64,000 nucleotides of DNA from Kiritimatiellia bacterium (GTDB lineage Bacteria; Verrucomicrobiota; Kiritimatiellia; CAIQIC01; Lenti-01). The stretch is from assembly GCA_050176815.1 (NCBI GenBank), contig JBFXHR010000004.1, forward strand, positions 19,927-83,926, given 5' to 3'. The notes below the pieces were generated by a model. The model made no database searches. It saw only the letters and a list, made by a program, of their open reading frames with translations, and was not told the origin of the DNA. Shown piece by piece: positions 27,809-36,758 of the stretch (positions are counted from its first letter, which is position 1; each line of letters opens with the position of its first letter). The position numbers and the translations under genes were made by a program.

Positions 27809-29698
27809 ATGTTCGAGTTCTTCTCCAGGTTCCTCAAGTATCCCGCCGTGTTTTTCGCGGCGGGGGCGTTGTGTTTCGTGGCGCTGAAGCTGTTGGGGCG
27901 GTGCGCGGCCCGTTGCGGACTGCTGGATCGTCCGCGGGAGCGGCATATCCATGTGGTCCCGGTGCCCAAGATCGGGGGATTGGCCATTTTTGCGGGATTC
28001 ATCGGGGCCTGCGCGTTGGCGTATCTGGGGCCGCGGGGATCGCTTCCCGGCAGTCTGGGCTGGCGCTGGGGCTGCGATTTTATGGCCATCGGTGGATTAT
28101 ATTTGCTGCTGGGGGTGGCGGACGACCGATTGGAACTGAAACCGCTCCAGAAACTGGCGGGGCAAATCCTCATTGCGGGAATCGCCTATTTGCTGGGAAT
28201 TCGGTTTGGCAAGATGCTGAACGTCCCGGTGCCCTTTGGCTTGGACGTATTGGCCACGGTGGTTTGGTTCGTGGCGTTCGTCAATGCCTTCAACCTGATC
28301 GACGGGATGGACGGGGTGGCCACGGGCTTGGCCCTGGTTGGCGGGATCGGGTTGATGATTTTGTTCGTGTTCTATCGGCAGCCCGTCAGTGTCTTGGTGA
28401 TGTTGGCGATGCTGGGGGCCTGCTCCGTTTTCCTGCGCTATAATTTCCATCCGGCCCGGCTTTATCTCGGCGATGCCGGGAGCATGCTGCTGGGCGCGTT
28501 TTTCGCGGCGGTCTCGCTGGGGTCGGGCACCAAGAGCACGACCCTGGCTTCGCTGGGATTTCCGTTGCTGGTGGCCGGCGTGCCGCTGATGGATTCGGGG
28601 CTGGCCATCTGGCGCCGGACGCTGAAACGGATCCTTTCCAAAAACGGCGCCGCCGCCGGAGACGCCTTCGGCAACCCGGTCATGGCCGGCGATCTGGAGC
28701 ATTTGCACCACCGGTTGGCGGCCCAGGGCTATTCGCCGCGGAAGGTGGCGATCTTCCTGTATGGCGTAAGCGCGCTGCTGGTCGGCATGGGCTTGGTGAT
28801 CATCGTGCGAAATTCGCTGGCGGTGGGCGTGGCGTTCATTAGTTTCGTCATTCTGGTCTATCTGGTGGTCAACCATTTGGCCACGGTCGAACTGACCTTG
28901 AGCGGGGATGCATTCGTGGCGGGGCTGCATCGGCCGGAGATGCGGACGCTGTCGATGGTGCTGTATCCCGCATTCGACGTCGTGGCCCTGTTGCTGGGGT
29001 CCGCCTTGGCGTTGGCGTTGGTGCGGCCGCTCCTGGAAACGGATTTGCCGTTGCGCTTGACCTGGCTGCATCGCGCCCCGGTACTGGTCTCGGTGCCCAT
29101 GCTCTTGATGTTCTTTTCGGGTGTCTATGGGCGGCTTTGGAGCCGTGCGCGCATTTCGGAATACGTTATGGCTTTCGCGGCGGCGGGCGCGGGTTGCGTG
29201 GCGGGAATGGGCGTGTTGCTTCTGAGCCGGGGCGGTTCGCTGCGCGTGGCGGTGCTGACAACCTGTTTACTGGTGTTTTTCGATGGAACACTGGTTGTCG
29301 GCGCTCGGGCGATGCCCCGGGTCATCGTGGATCTGTTGGGCTGGAATCGCCGTCGCCACCGGCAGAAAGGCGCCCCGCGCGCGCTGATCTACGGCGCAGG
29401 AAACCGCGCGACGCTGTTGCTGCGCGAGATGACCTACCTACGGCTGGGCGATCAGCGGCCTTTGCATTTGCTGGGGTTGATCGACGACAATCCAGCGGCT
29501 TGGGGGCGCATCATGCACGGATATAAGATATTGGGCGGGTTGGATGAATTGTGCCGGCGGATGGAACGCGGCGAAGTGGACGAGGTGACCATCGCCTGCA
29601 ATTTGCCGGAATCGGCCACGCAACGCGTCGTCGCGATGGCCCATCAAACGGGAACCAAGGTTGAGCGGTGGGGCTGCGCGAAAGTGCCGCTGGCCTGA
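27809..29698 (+). CDS. WecA/MraY-family polyprenyl-phosphate HexNAc-1-phosphate transferase with C-terminal Rossmann-like extension
   Basis: Motifs DRPRERHIHVVPVPKIGGLAIF and VNAFNLIDGMDGVATG. An extra C-terminal region of about 250 aa with ALIYGAGNRATLL resembles the N-terminal region of WbaP/CapD-type proteins. Confidence 0.75.
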   Translation: MFEFFSRFLKYPAVFFAAGALCFVALKLLGRCAARCGLLDRPRERHIHVVPVPKIGGLAIFAGFIGACALAYLGPRGSLPGSLGWRWGCDFMAIGGLYLLLGVADDRLELKPLQKLAGQILIAGIAYLLGIRFGKMLNVPVPFGLDVLATVVWFVAFVNAFNLIDGMDGVATGLALVGGIGLMILFVFYRQPVSVLVMLAMLGACSVFLRYNFHPARLYLGDAGSMLLGAFFAAVSLGSGTKSTTLASLGFPLLVAGVPLMDSGLAIWRRTLKRILSKNGAAAGDAFGNPVMAGDLEHLHHRLAAQGYSPRKVAIFLYGVSALLVGMGLVIIVRNSLAVGVAFISFVILVYLVVNHLATVELTLSGDAFVAGLHRPEMRTLSMVLYPAFDVVALLLGSALALALVRPLLETDLPLRLTWLHRAPVLVSVPMLLMFFSGVYGRLWSRARISEYVMAFAAAGAGCVAGMGVLLLSRGGSLRVAVLTTCLLVFFDGTLVVGARAMPRVIVDLLGWNRRRHRQKGAPRALIYGAGNRATLLLREMTYLRLGDQRPLHLLGLIDDNPAAWGRIMHGYKILGGLDELCRRMERGEVDEVTIACNLPESATQRVVAMAHQTGTKVERWGCAKVPLA

Positions 29699-29969
29699 CG
29701 CGGCTTTGGAACCGCCGCGCAGGATCAAAAAATACACCAGCCGCTTCCTTTTTCGTTTCCAGATGATATACTCCACGAACTGGCCGCATAGAGACGGCCC
29801 GTGACGACCGAATGTCCCCGCAACTGAAAAACCGAAATTCCTACGCGATCCCGGCCGGGGATCTGGGACGGGTTGCCGCCTCGCGGGCGATGGCGCACGG
29901 ACTGCGGTTTTCGCTGGAAGCGCCGGAGAAGGTGGCCTGCCGGCGCGCGCCGAAGCAAGGACCGGCACC

Positions 29970-31109
29970 GTGAGCCGTCCCCCCCGGATTTTTCTTTCCC
30001 CGCCGCACATGGGCGGGCGCGAACAGGAGTTCGTTCGTCAGGCGTTCGAGTCGAACTACATCGCGCCGCTGGGGCCGATGGTGGATGCGTTCGAAAAGGA
30101 ATTTTCCGCCTATACCGGCATTCCCCATTGCGTGGCGCTGTCGAGCGGAACCGCGGCGATGCATCTGGCGCTGCGGCACCTCGGGCTCAAGCCCGGGGAC
30201 GAGGTGATGGCTTCGACCCTGACTTTCATCGGCAGCGTCACGCCGGTGGCCTTCGAAGGGGCTTCCCCGGTTTTCATCGATTGCGGCGAGTCGGACTGGA
30301 ACATGGATCCCGCGTTGCTGGAGAAAGCCTTGGAAGACGCCGCGCGGCGCGGCCAACTTCCCAAGGCCGTCATCCCGACGGACCTGTACGGCCACCCCTG
30401 CGATTTGCCTCGGATCCAGGCCATCTGCGATCGCCGCGGCGTGCCGGTCGTGTGCGATTCCGCGGAATCCGCCGGCGCGAAATGCCAGGGGCGCCATGCG
30501 GGATTCGATGCTTGGGCGGCGACGTTCTCGTTCAACGGAAACAAGATCATCACGACGTCGGGCGGCGGAATGCTGGCCTCGCGCGACAAGGGGTTGATCG
30601 AGCATGCGCGCAAGCTGTCCCAGCAGGCGCGGGATCCGGCGCCTTGGTACGAACACACGGAAATCGGCTTCAACTACCGCATGAGCAATATCCTGGCGGC
30701 CATCGGCCGCGGCCAGCTCGGCGAACTGGACGCGCGCGTTGGCCGTCGCCGGGAGATTTTCGACGGCTATCGTCGACGGCTGGGGGATTTGCCCGGGATT
30801 TCCTTCATGCCGGAGGCGGCGGACCGCCGAAGCAATCGGTGGCTGACGGTGATCCTGATCGATCCGGCGGCGTTCGGGGCCGACACGCATGCGGTGCGCG
30901 AAGCGCTCGAGGCCGAAAACGTCGAGGCGCGGCCCTTGTGGAAGCCAATGCATCTGCAGCCGGTATTCCAAGGCAAGGCGTTTTGGGGAGGGCCGGAACC
31001 CGTCAGTGAACGGCTGTTTGCCCGGGGGTTGTGCCTGCCGTCGGGAACCGCCATGTCGGATGGGGATTTGGACCGGGTGTGCGAAATCGTCCGGCGGATG
31101 AAGACGTGA
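29970..31109 (+). CDS. DegT/DnrJ/EryC1/StrS-family PLP-dependent sugar aminotransferase
   Basis: GTG start. Sequence SPPHMGGREQEFVRQAFESNYIAPLGPMVDAFE...FSFNGNKIITTSGGG, including the conserved PLP-binding Lys region. Confidence 0.85.
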   Translation: MSRPPRIFLSPPHMGGREQEFVRQAFESNYIAPLGPMVDAFEKEFSAYTGIPHCVALSSGTAAMHLALRHLGLKPGDEVMASTLTFIGSVTPVAFEGASPVFIDCGESDWNMDPALLEKALEDAARRGQLPKAVIPTDLYGHPCDLPRIQAICDRRGVPVVCDSAESAGAKCQGRHAGFDAWAATFSFNGNKIITTSGGGMLASRDKGLIEHARKLSQQARDPAPWYEHTEIGFNYRMSNILAAIGRGQLGELDARVGRRREIFDGYRRRLGDLPGISFMPEAADRRSNRWLTVILIDPAAFGADTHAVREALEAENVEARPLWKPMHLQPVFQGKAFWGGPEPVSERLFARGLCLPSGTAMSDGDLDRVCEIVRRMKT

Positions 31110-31147
31110 CCTCGGCCAAGGCTGACGGCACCGGGGGCGGGAGGCAT

Positions 31148-31546
31148 ATGGCTTCGCTGACGGCGGTTTCGTTCGTCGTACGCCGATGGCTATGCGCGGC
31201 GCATCTGGCGCTGATCGCGGCGCTTTCCCTGCTGCCGGCGTGGATGTTTCCCCCGTCGGCTTCCGGCTTTCCGGGCATCGACAAGGTTGTCCACGCGGCG
31301 ATGTACGGCCTGCTGGGGGCATTGCTGCGCTGGGCGGCGGGGAGGGAATCGATTCCGCCCGCGGCCCGTTGGCTCCCGGCGGCGGGCGTGGGCTATGGCT
31401 TGTTGATGGAAGTCCTGCAAAGGGGCATCGGCGGCACGGGGCGGGCGTTCAGCTGGGGGGATGTCTTGGCGGATTTGGCGGGGGTGGCGGCAGGCTGGAT
31501 CGCTGCGGAGCGACTGGCGGGGCACGGGCGACGGGAAAGCGCATGA
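31148..31546 (+). CDS. VanZ-like family membrane protein
   Basis: GGGAGG SD; 132 aa with 3-4 TM helices and KVVHAAMYGLLGALL, as in VanZ-like proteins found in EPS loci. Confidence 0.55.
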   Translation: MASLTAVSFVVRRWLCAAHLALIAALSLLPAWMFPPSASGFPGIDKVVHAAMYGLLGALLRWAAGRESIPPAARWLPAAGVGYGLLMEVLQRGIGGTGRAFSWGDVLADLAGVAAGWIAAERLAGHGRRESA

Positions 31547-31637
31547 CCCAAGCCGGATGATTTTCTCCGTTTCCTTTGCCGGATTAAGCGATATAGTATC
31601 CGAAATGGCTTTCCCGCAAGGGGGAGGGCCCTATCCC

Positions 31638-33536
31638 ATGCTTCACCAGTTTAAAAACCGGAATTTCTATGTCATTCTCGGCGCGGATATGCTGTTTTTT
31701 GCGGCGTCGCTGGTCCTTTCCTACGGCCTGCGGTTTTCGTTTGCCGTTCCCGACCGGATTTGGGCGGACATCTTCTTCCTCCTGCCGTTTCTCGTGCCGG
31801 TCAAGGCGGTCGTGTTCTTCCTGATGGGCGTCTACCGCGGCATGTGGCGGTATACCAGCATTCCCGACGCCATCCGTCTCGCCAAAGCCTCGGCGCTGGC
31901 AACCCTGACGTTGATGACGGGGCTGACCATCGCGCAAAGTTTCGAGGGGTATTCGCGGGCCGTTTTCGTGGCCGACTGCATTTTCACCCTCTTTTTCTGC
32001 GGCGGATTCCGGATTGCCATCCGCATGCTCGCCACGGACAAGCATTCCCTGCTGAAGTTCTGGGACCGGGGGGACGACGGCTTGCCCGTCCGGCACGTCC
32101 GGCTGCTGATCATCGGGGCGGGGGATGCGGCGGCCAGCATCCTCCGGGAAATCCGCGGAAATCCGCGCTCGCAGTACGACGTGGTGGCCTGCATCGACGA
32201 CGATGAATACAAAGATGGGCAAACCCTTCTGGAAGTGCCGGTGCGCGGGCCGATCAGCAAGTTGCTGTATCTCGTCAACCGCTTCCAGGCGGACGAAATC
32301 CTGATCGCCATGCCCTCGGTGGTCGGAGAAGACATGCGGCGGATCGTCGGGGCCTGCAAGGCGTCCGGGCTGCCCTTCAAGACCTTGCCCATGCTGGGAT
32401 CGCTCGTCGACGGCAAAGTCACGGTGAACGACGTCCGGGAAGTGAAGTACGAAGACATTCTGGGCCGTCCGCCGGTGCAGATGGATTCCGAAGGAATCGG
32501 GAAATATTTGACGGACAAGACCGTGGCGGTGACCGGCGCGGGAGGGTCCATCGGATCGGAATTGTGCCGGCAGATCCTGCGGTTCAGGCCGGCTTCGCTG
32601 GTGCTGATCGAGGCCAACGAGTACAATCTGTACCAGATCGAAAAAGAGTTGATCGTGGAAAACCGGTTCAAGGCGCTCAAGCCCATCTTGGGGCGGGTGC
32701 AGGACCGGGCGCTCATGATGAACGTGTTCGACCGCTACCGTCCGCACGTGGTGTTCCATGCCGCGGCCTGCAAGCACGTGCCGATGGTCGAGCTGAATCC
32801 GTGGGAAGGCATCGTCAACAATGCCCTCGGCAGCATGGTGATCATGGACGTCGCGGAAGAGTGCGGCGTCGAGCGCTTCGTGCAGGTCTCGACGGACAAG
32901 GCGGTTCGCCCGACGAACGTGATGGGCGCGAGCAAACGGGTGGCCGAAATCGCGCTCCAGGCGCGCCCGCCGGGCGAGACCCGGTTCATGGCCGTCCGGT
33001 TCGGCAACGTGCTCGGCTCTTCGGGTTCGGTGATCCCGCTGTTCCGGCAGCAGATCCAGGTCGGCGGACCGGTGACGGTGACGGACCCTGAAATGACGCG
33101 CTATTTCATGATGATCCCCGAAGCCTGCCAGTTGATTCTGCAGGCGGGCGCGATGGGCGAGGGGGGGGAAATCTTCATTCTGGAAATGGGCACGCCGGTG
33201 AAGATCGCGGACATGGCGCGGGACATGATCCGGCTGTCCGGCAAGGTGCCCGACCAGGACATCCAGATTGTCTATACCGGGATGCGTCCGGGCGAAAAGC
33301 TCTATGAGGAGCTCATCACGCACGGCGAGGGCATCGAGCCCACGCGGCACGAAAAGATCATGGTGCTCAAGCGAAACGGAACAGCCGAGGATTCCCGGGT
33401 CCTCGATCGCCGCATCCGCAACCAGATGGCGAAATTGGTGGGGGCGGCCGAGACCTTCGACCCCCTTCGCATCCAGGCCGTGCTGAAGGAAATCGTGCCG
33501 GAGTATTCTCCGTCCGGCGTCGCCGCTCCGGCATGA
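31638..33536 (+). CDS. membrane-bound UDP-HexNAc 4,6-dehydratase (CapD/WbpM/PglF family)
   Basis: N-terminal TM helices, a Rossmann motif LIIGAGDAA, an SDR catalytic domain VTGAGGSIG and motif VSTDKAV. The start could lie between 31558 and 31638. Confidence 0.85.
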   Translation: MLHQFKNRNFYVILGADMLFFAASLVLSYGLRFSFAVPDRIWADIFFLLPFLVPVKAVVFFLMGVYRGMWRYTSIPDAIRLAKASALATLTLMTGLTIAQSFEGYSRAVFVADCIFTLFFCGGFRIAIRMLATDKHSLLKFWDRGDDGLPVRHVRLLIIGAGDAAASILREIRGNPRSQYDVVACIDDDEYKDGQTLLEVPVRGPISKLLYLVNRFQADEILIAMPSVVGEDMRRIVGACKASGLPFKTLPMLGSLVDGKVTVNDVREVKYEDILGRPPVQMDSEGIGKYLTDKTVAVTGAGGSIGSELCRQILRFRPASLVLIEANEYNLYQIEKELIVENRFKALKPILGRVQDRALMMNVFDRYRPHVVFHAAACKHVPMVELNPWEGIVNNALGSMVIMDVAEECGVERFVQVSTDKAVRPTNVMGASKRVAEIALQARPPGETRFMAVRFGNVLGSSGSVIPLFRQQIQVGGPVTVTDPEMTRYFMMIPEACQLILQAGAMGEGGEIFILEMGTPVKIADMARDMIRLSGKVPDQDIQIVYTGMRPGEKLYEELITHGEGIEPTRHEKIMVLKRNGTAEDSRVLDRRIRNQMAKLVGAAETFDPLRIQAVLKEIVPEYSPSGVAAPA

Positions 33537-34954
33537 GTTCATCCGGTCCCACGCTTTTTTGGTCGCGGCTTCCATCGGTTTCCGCCTGCCGCGAAGGCGG
33601 CAATCTCATCCTGTTCGACCCGGACCAAAGCCGGGAAAAGGTCGTCAATTCCACGGGGTTTGCGATCTGGAACGCCATGGATGGGGCGGCGCGGACGGAG
33701 GAACTGGCCGCGTCGCTGGCCCGCCAATGCGGAATTCCCCTTTCGGGGGACCTCCGCGCCGACGTCGCCGCGTTCGCGGAAGAGCTGCGGCGCGATGGCT
33801 TTGCCCTCGCATCCCCCGCGCCGGCGGCCCGGGTGGCTCCGGCGGAGAACTATTCCTGGATCCACGAAGCGCCGCGGAGCATGGATCTCTCCCTGACCGG
33901 CCGGTGCAATCTCCATTGCGACTACTGTTTCTACGCCGACGAAATGGCGGGACGGCGCGATCTCCCGGCCGAGAGATGGCTGGCCTTTTTCAGGGAATTG
34001 GAAGGGTTGGCCGTGCGAAGCTTGACGCTGAGCGGCGGCGAGCTTTTCATGCGGCCGGACCTGTGGCGGCTGATCGACGGCGTCGTGGACGCCCGCATGC
34101 GCTATTCGATCCTGACGAACGGGACGCTGATCGCGGATCAAACGATCGGCGAGTTCATGCGGGGAAGTCGCCGATCGAGGCTGGATTCAATCCAGGTCTC
34201 GATCGACGGATCCTGCGCGGAAATCCACGACGCTTCGCGCGGAAAAGGGAGTTTCGAAAAGGCCATCCGCGGGTTGCGCCGGCTGAAAGGCGCCGGTTTT
34301 CCAGCGACGGCCCGCGTGACGGTGAACCGGCACAACGTGGGCGATCTGGAAAACGCGGCGCGGTTGCTGCTGGACGACGTGGGACTGGCTCGGATCGGCA
34401 CCAACGACGCCATGCCCATGGGAACGGGCTGTTCGCGCCGGGAAGATATCGTGCTGGCGCCGGAACAACGGGTGCTCGCGATGAAAACGCTCGTGAACCT
34501 CGAACGGAAATATCCCGGGCGCATCCAGGCCTCGGCGGGGTCTCTCGCCCTTTGGCACATGTTCCGGGAAATGGAGGAGGCCAAGGCCGGGGGACGTAAA
34601 ACCCGGCGCTGGAAAATGGGGTGCCTGTCGTCGTGCGGGTGCATGTTCGCCAAGCTGGCGGTGCATCACGACGGCATGATCGTGCCGTGCAACATGCTGG
34701 CCGCGGCATCGCTGGGGACCATCGGCGAGACGCCGATCCGCGCCATTTGGCAGGATCATCCGCTGTTGAAGGAAATGCGCGGCCGGGGAAAGATTCCGAT
34801 GGAGCAAGTGCCCGGGTGCGCGGGATGCGAATGGGCGCCGTACTGCAGCGGCGGCTGCCCGGCGGCCGAATATGCCCGGACCGGCGACCTGTACCTGGCC
34901 AATCCGGAGTGCTGCTACCGGCGCTTCCTCGACGAATGCGGGGAATTGCCGTGA
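33533..34954 (+). CDS. radical SAM/SPASM-domain enzyme with N-terminal PqqD-like (RRE) domain
   Basis: ATGA overlap with the dehydratase gene. PqqD-like N-terminus (GNLILFDPD...NSTGFAIWNAMDG); CNLHCDYC radical SAM motif; C-terminal Cys-rich SPASM region (CGCMF...CAGCEWAPYCSGGCP). Confidence 0.8.
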   Translation: MSSSGPTLFWSRLPSVSACREGGNLILFDPDQSREKVVNSTGFAIWNAMDGAARTEELAASLARQCGIPLSGDLRADVAAFAEELRRDGFALASPAPAARVAPAENYSWIHEAPRSMDLSLTGRCNLHCDYCFYADEMAGRRDLPAERWLAFFRELEGLAVRSLTLSGGELFMRPDLWRLIDGVVDARMRYSILTNGTLIADQTIGEFMRGSRRSRLDSIQVSIDGSCAEIHDASRGKGSFEKAIRGLRRLKGAGFPATARVTVNRHNVGDLENAARLLLDDVGLARIGTNDAMPMGTGCSRREDIVLAPEQRVLAMKTLVNLERKYPGRIQASAGSLALWHMFREMEEAKAGGRKTRRWKMGCLSSCGCMFAKLAVHHDGMIVPCNMLAAASLGTIGETPIRAIWQDHPLLKEMRGRGKIPMEQVPGCAGCEWAPYCSGGCPAAEYARTGDLYLANPECCYRRFLDECGELP

Positions 34955-35568
34955 ACGAGCAACGGAATTCGAATATCCAACATCCAATATCCAATATCCC
35001 ATCTTCACGGGGAGACCTGCGGTATGCGCTGCGCGCGGACGTCGCGATCGAAGATTTCGGAGAGCGATCGCTCGTGCTGCGATGCGATGCGCTGGAGATG
35101 AGCGCGGTCAACGCGGGTGGACGGAAAATCCTGGCGCTGGTTGACGGGGGGCGGACGGTGGGGGATATTGCCGGGTCGGCAGGCCTGGCGATCGAAGACG
35201 TGCGGGCGGCGTTGCTGGAGATGGAGCGGCAAGGGATCGTGCGGCGAGTGGTGGATTTGAAGAAAGAAAGGCCGGAAAACATGGGCGAGGCGAAATATCT
35301 GGCGGATCCCGGCGTTTCCTTCCGGCCGGAGGATGGCGACGGCGCCATTCTGTACCACGCGGATACGGATTCGCTGGAGGTCGTCAATCCGGTGGCGGCG
35401 GAAATCTGGACGTATTTGGCCGCGCCGCGCACGCAGGCCGAGGTTGTCGCGCACTTGTGCGCGACGTGCGAGGGCGCCGTTCGGGACCAGGTCGAGAAAG
35501 ACGTGGCGGAGTTTGTCGAATCGCTCCTGGAAAAAGGCTTCATCGGCGTGGTGGAGGACCCCGCGTGA
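34951..35568 (+). CDS. tandem double PqqD-like (RRE) domain protein
   Basis: GTGA overlap. Two PqqD-like units (AIEDFGERSLVL...ILALVDGGRTVGDIA and DGDGAILYH...VNPVAAEIWTYLAAPRT). The N-terminus is encoded by an AAyATCC heptamer repeat. Confidence 0.6.
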   Translation: MNEQRNSNIQHPISNIPSSRGDLRYALRADVAIEDFGERSLVLRCDALEMSAVNAGGRKILALVDGGRTVGDIAGSAGLAIEDVRAALLEMERQGIVRRVVDLKKERPENMGEAKYLADPGVSFRPEDGDGAILYHADTDSLEVVNPVAAEIWTYLAAPRTQAEVVAHLCATCEGAVRDQVEKDVAEFVESLLEKGFIGVVEDPA

Positions 35569-36755
35569 CGGTGGCCGCCGATGCCTGCGACGGGCTGGAC
35601 GATCTCGCGCCCATCCCGACTCCCGTAACCATGCCGCCGGACGTTCCGGCCCTGAAGGTTTTCTATCTCTATTTGTCCGCCGGCTGCAATCTGCATTGCC
35701 GCCATTGCTGGATCACGCCGACTTTCGTGCACGGGAAGCCGGTTCCGGCGGAGTGCCTGGACTTCGATCTGCTGAAAAGCGCGGTGGCCGAGGCCAAGCC
35801 AATGGGCTTGTCGGCGGCGAAACTCACGGGAGGCGAGCCGACGTTGCATCCGGAGTTTCGGAAGATCGTCGATTTCCTGACCGCCGAGGGGCTGGACATC
35901 TCCATGGAGACCAATGCCACGCTGATCGACCGCGGGTTGGCGGTCCATCTGCGCGAAAAGACCCGTTTGAAGCGGATTGCCGCGAGTCTGGACAGTCCGA
36001 TCGCGTCGGAGCACGATCGATTCCGCGGCGTGATGGGGGCTTACGACGATGCGGTGCGGGGCATCGGCCATCTGGTTGCCGCCGGAATTCGTCCGCAGAT
36101 CATCATGTCCGTGTATCGCGGAAACCTCGGTCGGATCGAAGCCCTGATCGAACTGGCGATTCGACTTGGCGCCAGTTCGGTGAAGTTCAATCCGGTCACG
36201 CATTCGGGGCGCGGGGCGGAAATGCATCGGCAGGGGCAGGGATTGGATTTCAACGAGCAGATCGCGTTCGTCCGTCGCGTGCGCGGAACGCTTCAAGATC
36301 GATATCCCATTCATTTGGGCATCATGGTTCCGCCGGCGATGTCGACGGTGAAGGAATTGCTGCGCTACGGCGGCGACGGCGCGGGCTGCCACGTGCGGCA
36401 CATCCTGGGCATACTGGGCACGGGCGAGATGGCGTTGTGCGGCATCGGCCGGAACGTTCCGGAGCTGTGCTTCGGGGCATTGGGAAAGGATCGCCTGCGC
36501 GAGGTTTGGATGAACCATCCCGTCCTGCGGAAAATGCGGAAGGATTTGGCCGGTCCATTCCCCGGCATCTGCGGCGACTGTCTGCACGCGGGCCGCTGCA
36601 TGACGCATTGCCTGGCGCAGAATTTCGAGGCCAACGGCAAGCTGGTGTCGCCGTCGCCGCTGTGCGCGGAGGCCGTGCGGCGCGGGGCGTTCCCCGCGTC
36701 GCGCCGGGTATCGTGGAACCCGCCGCGTCCGAGTTCCGAGATCCAAGGCCGGTGA
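35565..36755 (+). CDS. radical SAM/SPASM-domain enzyme (no PqqD domain)
   Basis: GTGA overlap (alternative ATG at 35631). CNLHCRHC motif and a C-terminal SPASM-like Cys cluster (CGDCLHAGRCMTHC). Confidence 0.8.
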   Translation: MTVAADACDGLDDLAPIPTPVTMPPDVPALKVFYLYLSAGCNLHCRHCWITPTFVHGKPVPAECLDFDLLKSAVAEAKPMGLSAAKLTGGEPTLHPEFRKIVDFLTAEGLDISMETNATLIDRGLAVHLREKTRLKRIAASLDSPIASEHDRFRGVMGAYDDAVRGIGHLVAAGIRPQIIMSVYRGNLGRIEALIELAIRLGASSVKFNPVTHSGRGAEMHRQGQGLDFNEQIAFVRRVRGTLQDRYPIHLGIMVPPAMSTVKELLRYGGDGAGCHVRHILGILGTGEMALCGIGRNVPELCFGALGKDRLREVWMNHPVLRKMRKDLAGPFPGICGDCLHAGRCMTHCLAQNFEANGKLVSPSPLCAEAVRRGAFPASRRVSWNPPRPSSEIQGR

Positions 36756-36758
36756 TTT

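Noticed and set aside
29848-29864. Near-palindrome GATCCCGGCCGGGGATC in the 271-bp region upstream of the DegT gene
   Set aside because: Imperfect and short. GC-rich palindromes of this size occur by chance in 65% GC DNA, and there is no second copy.
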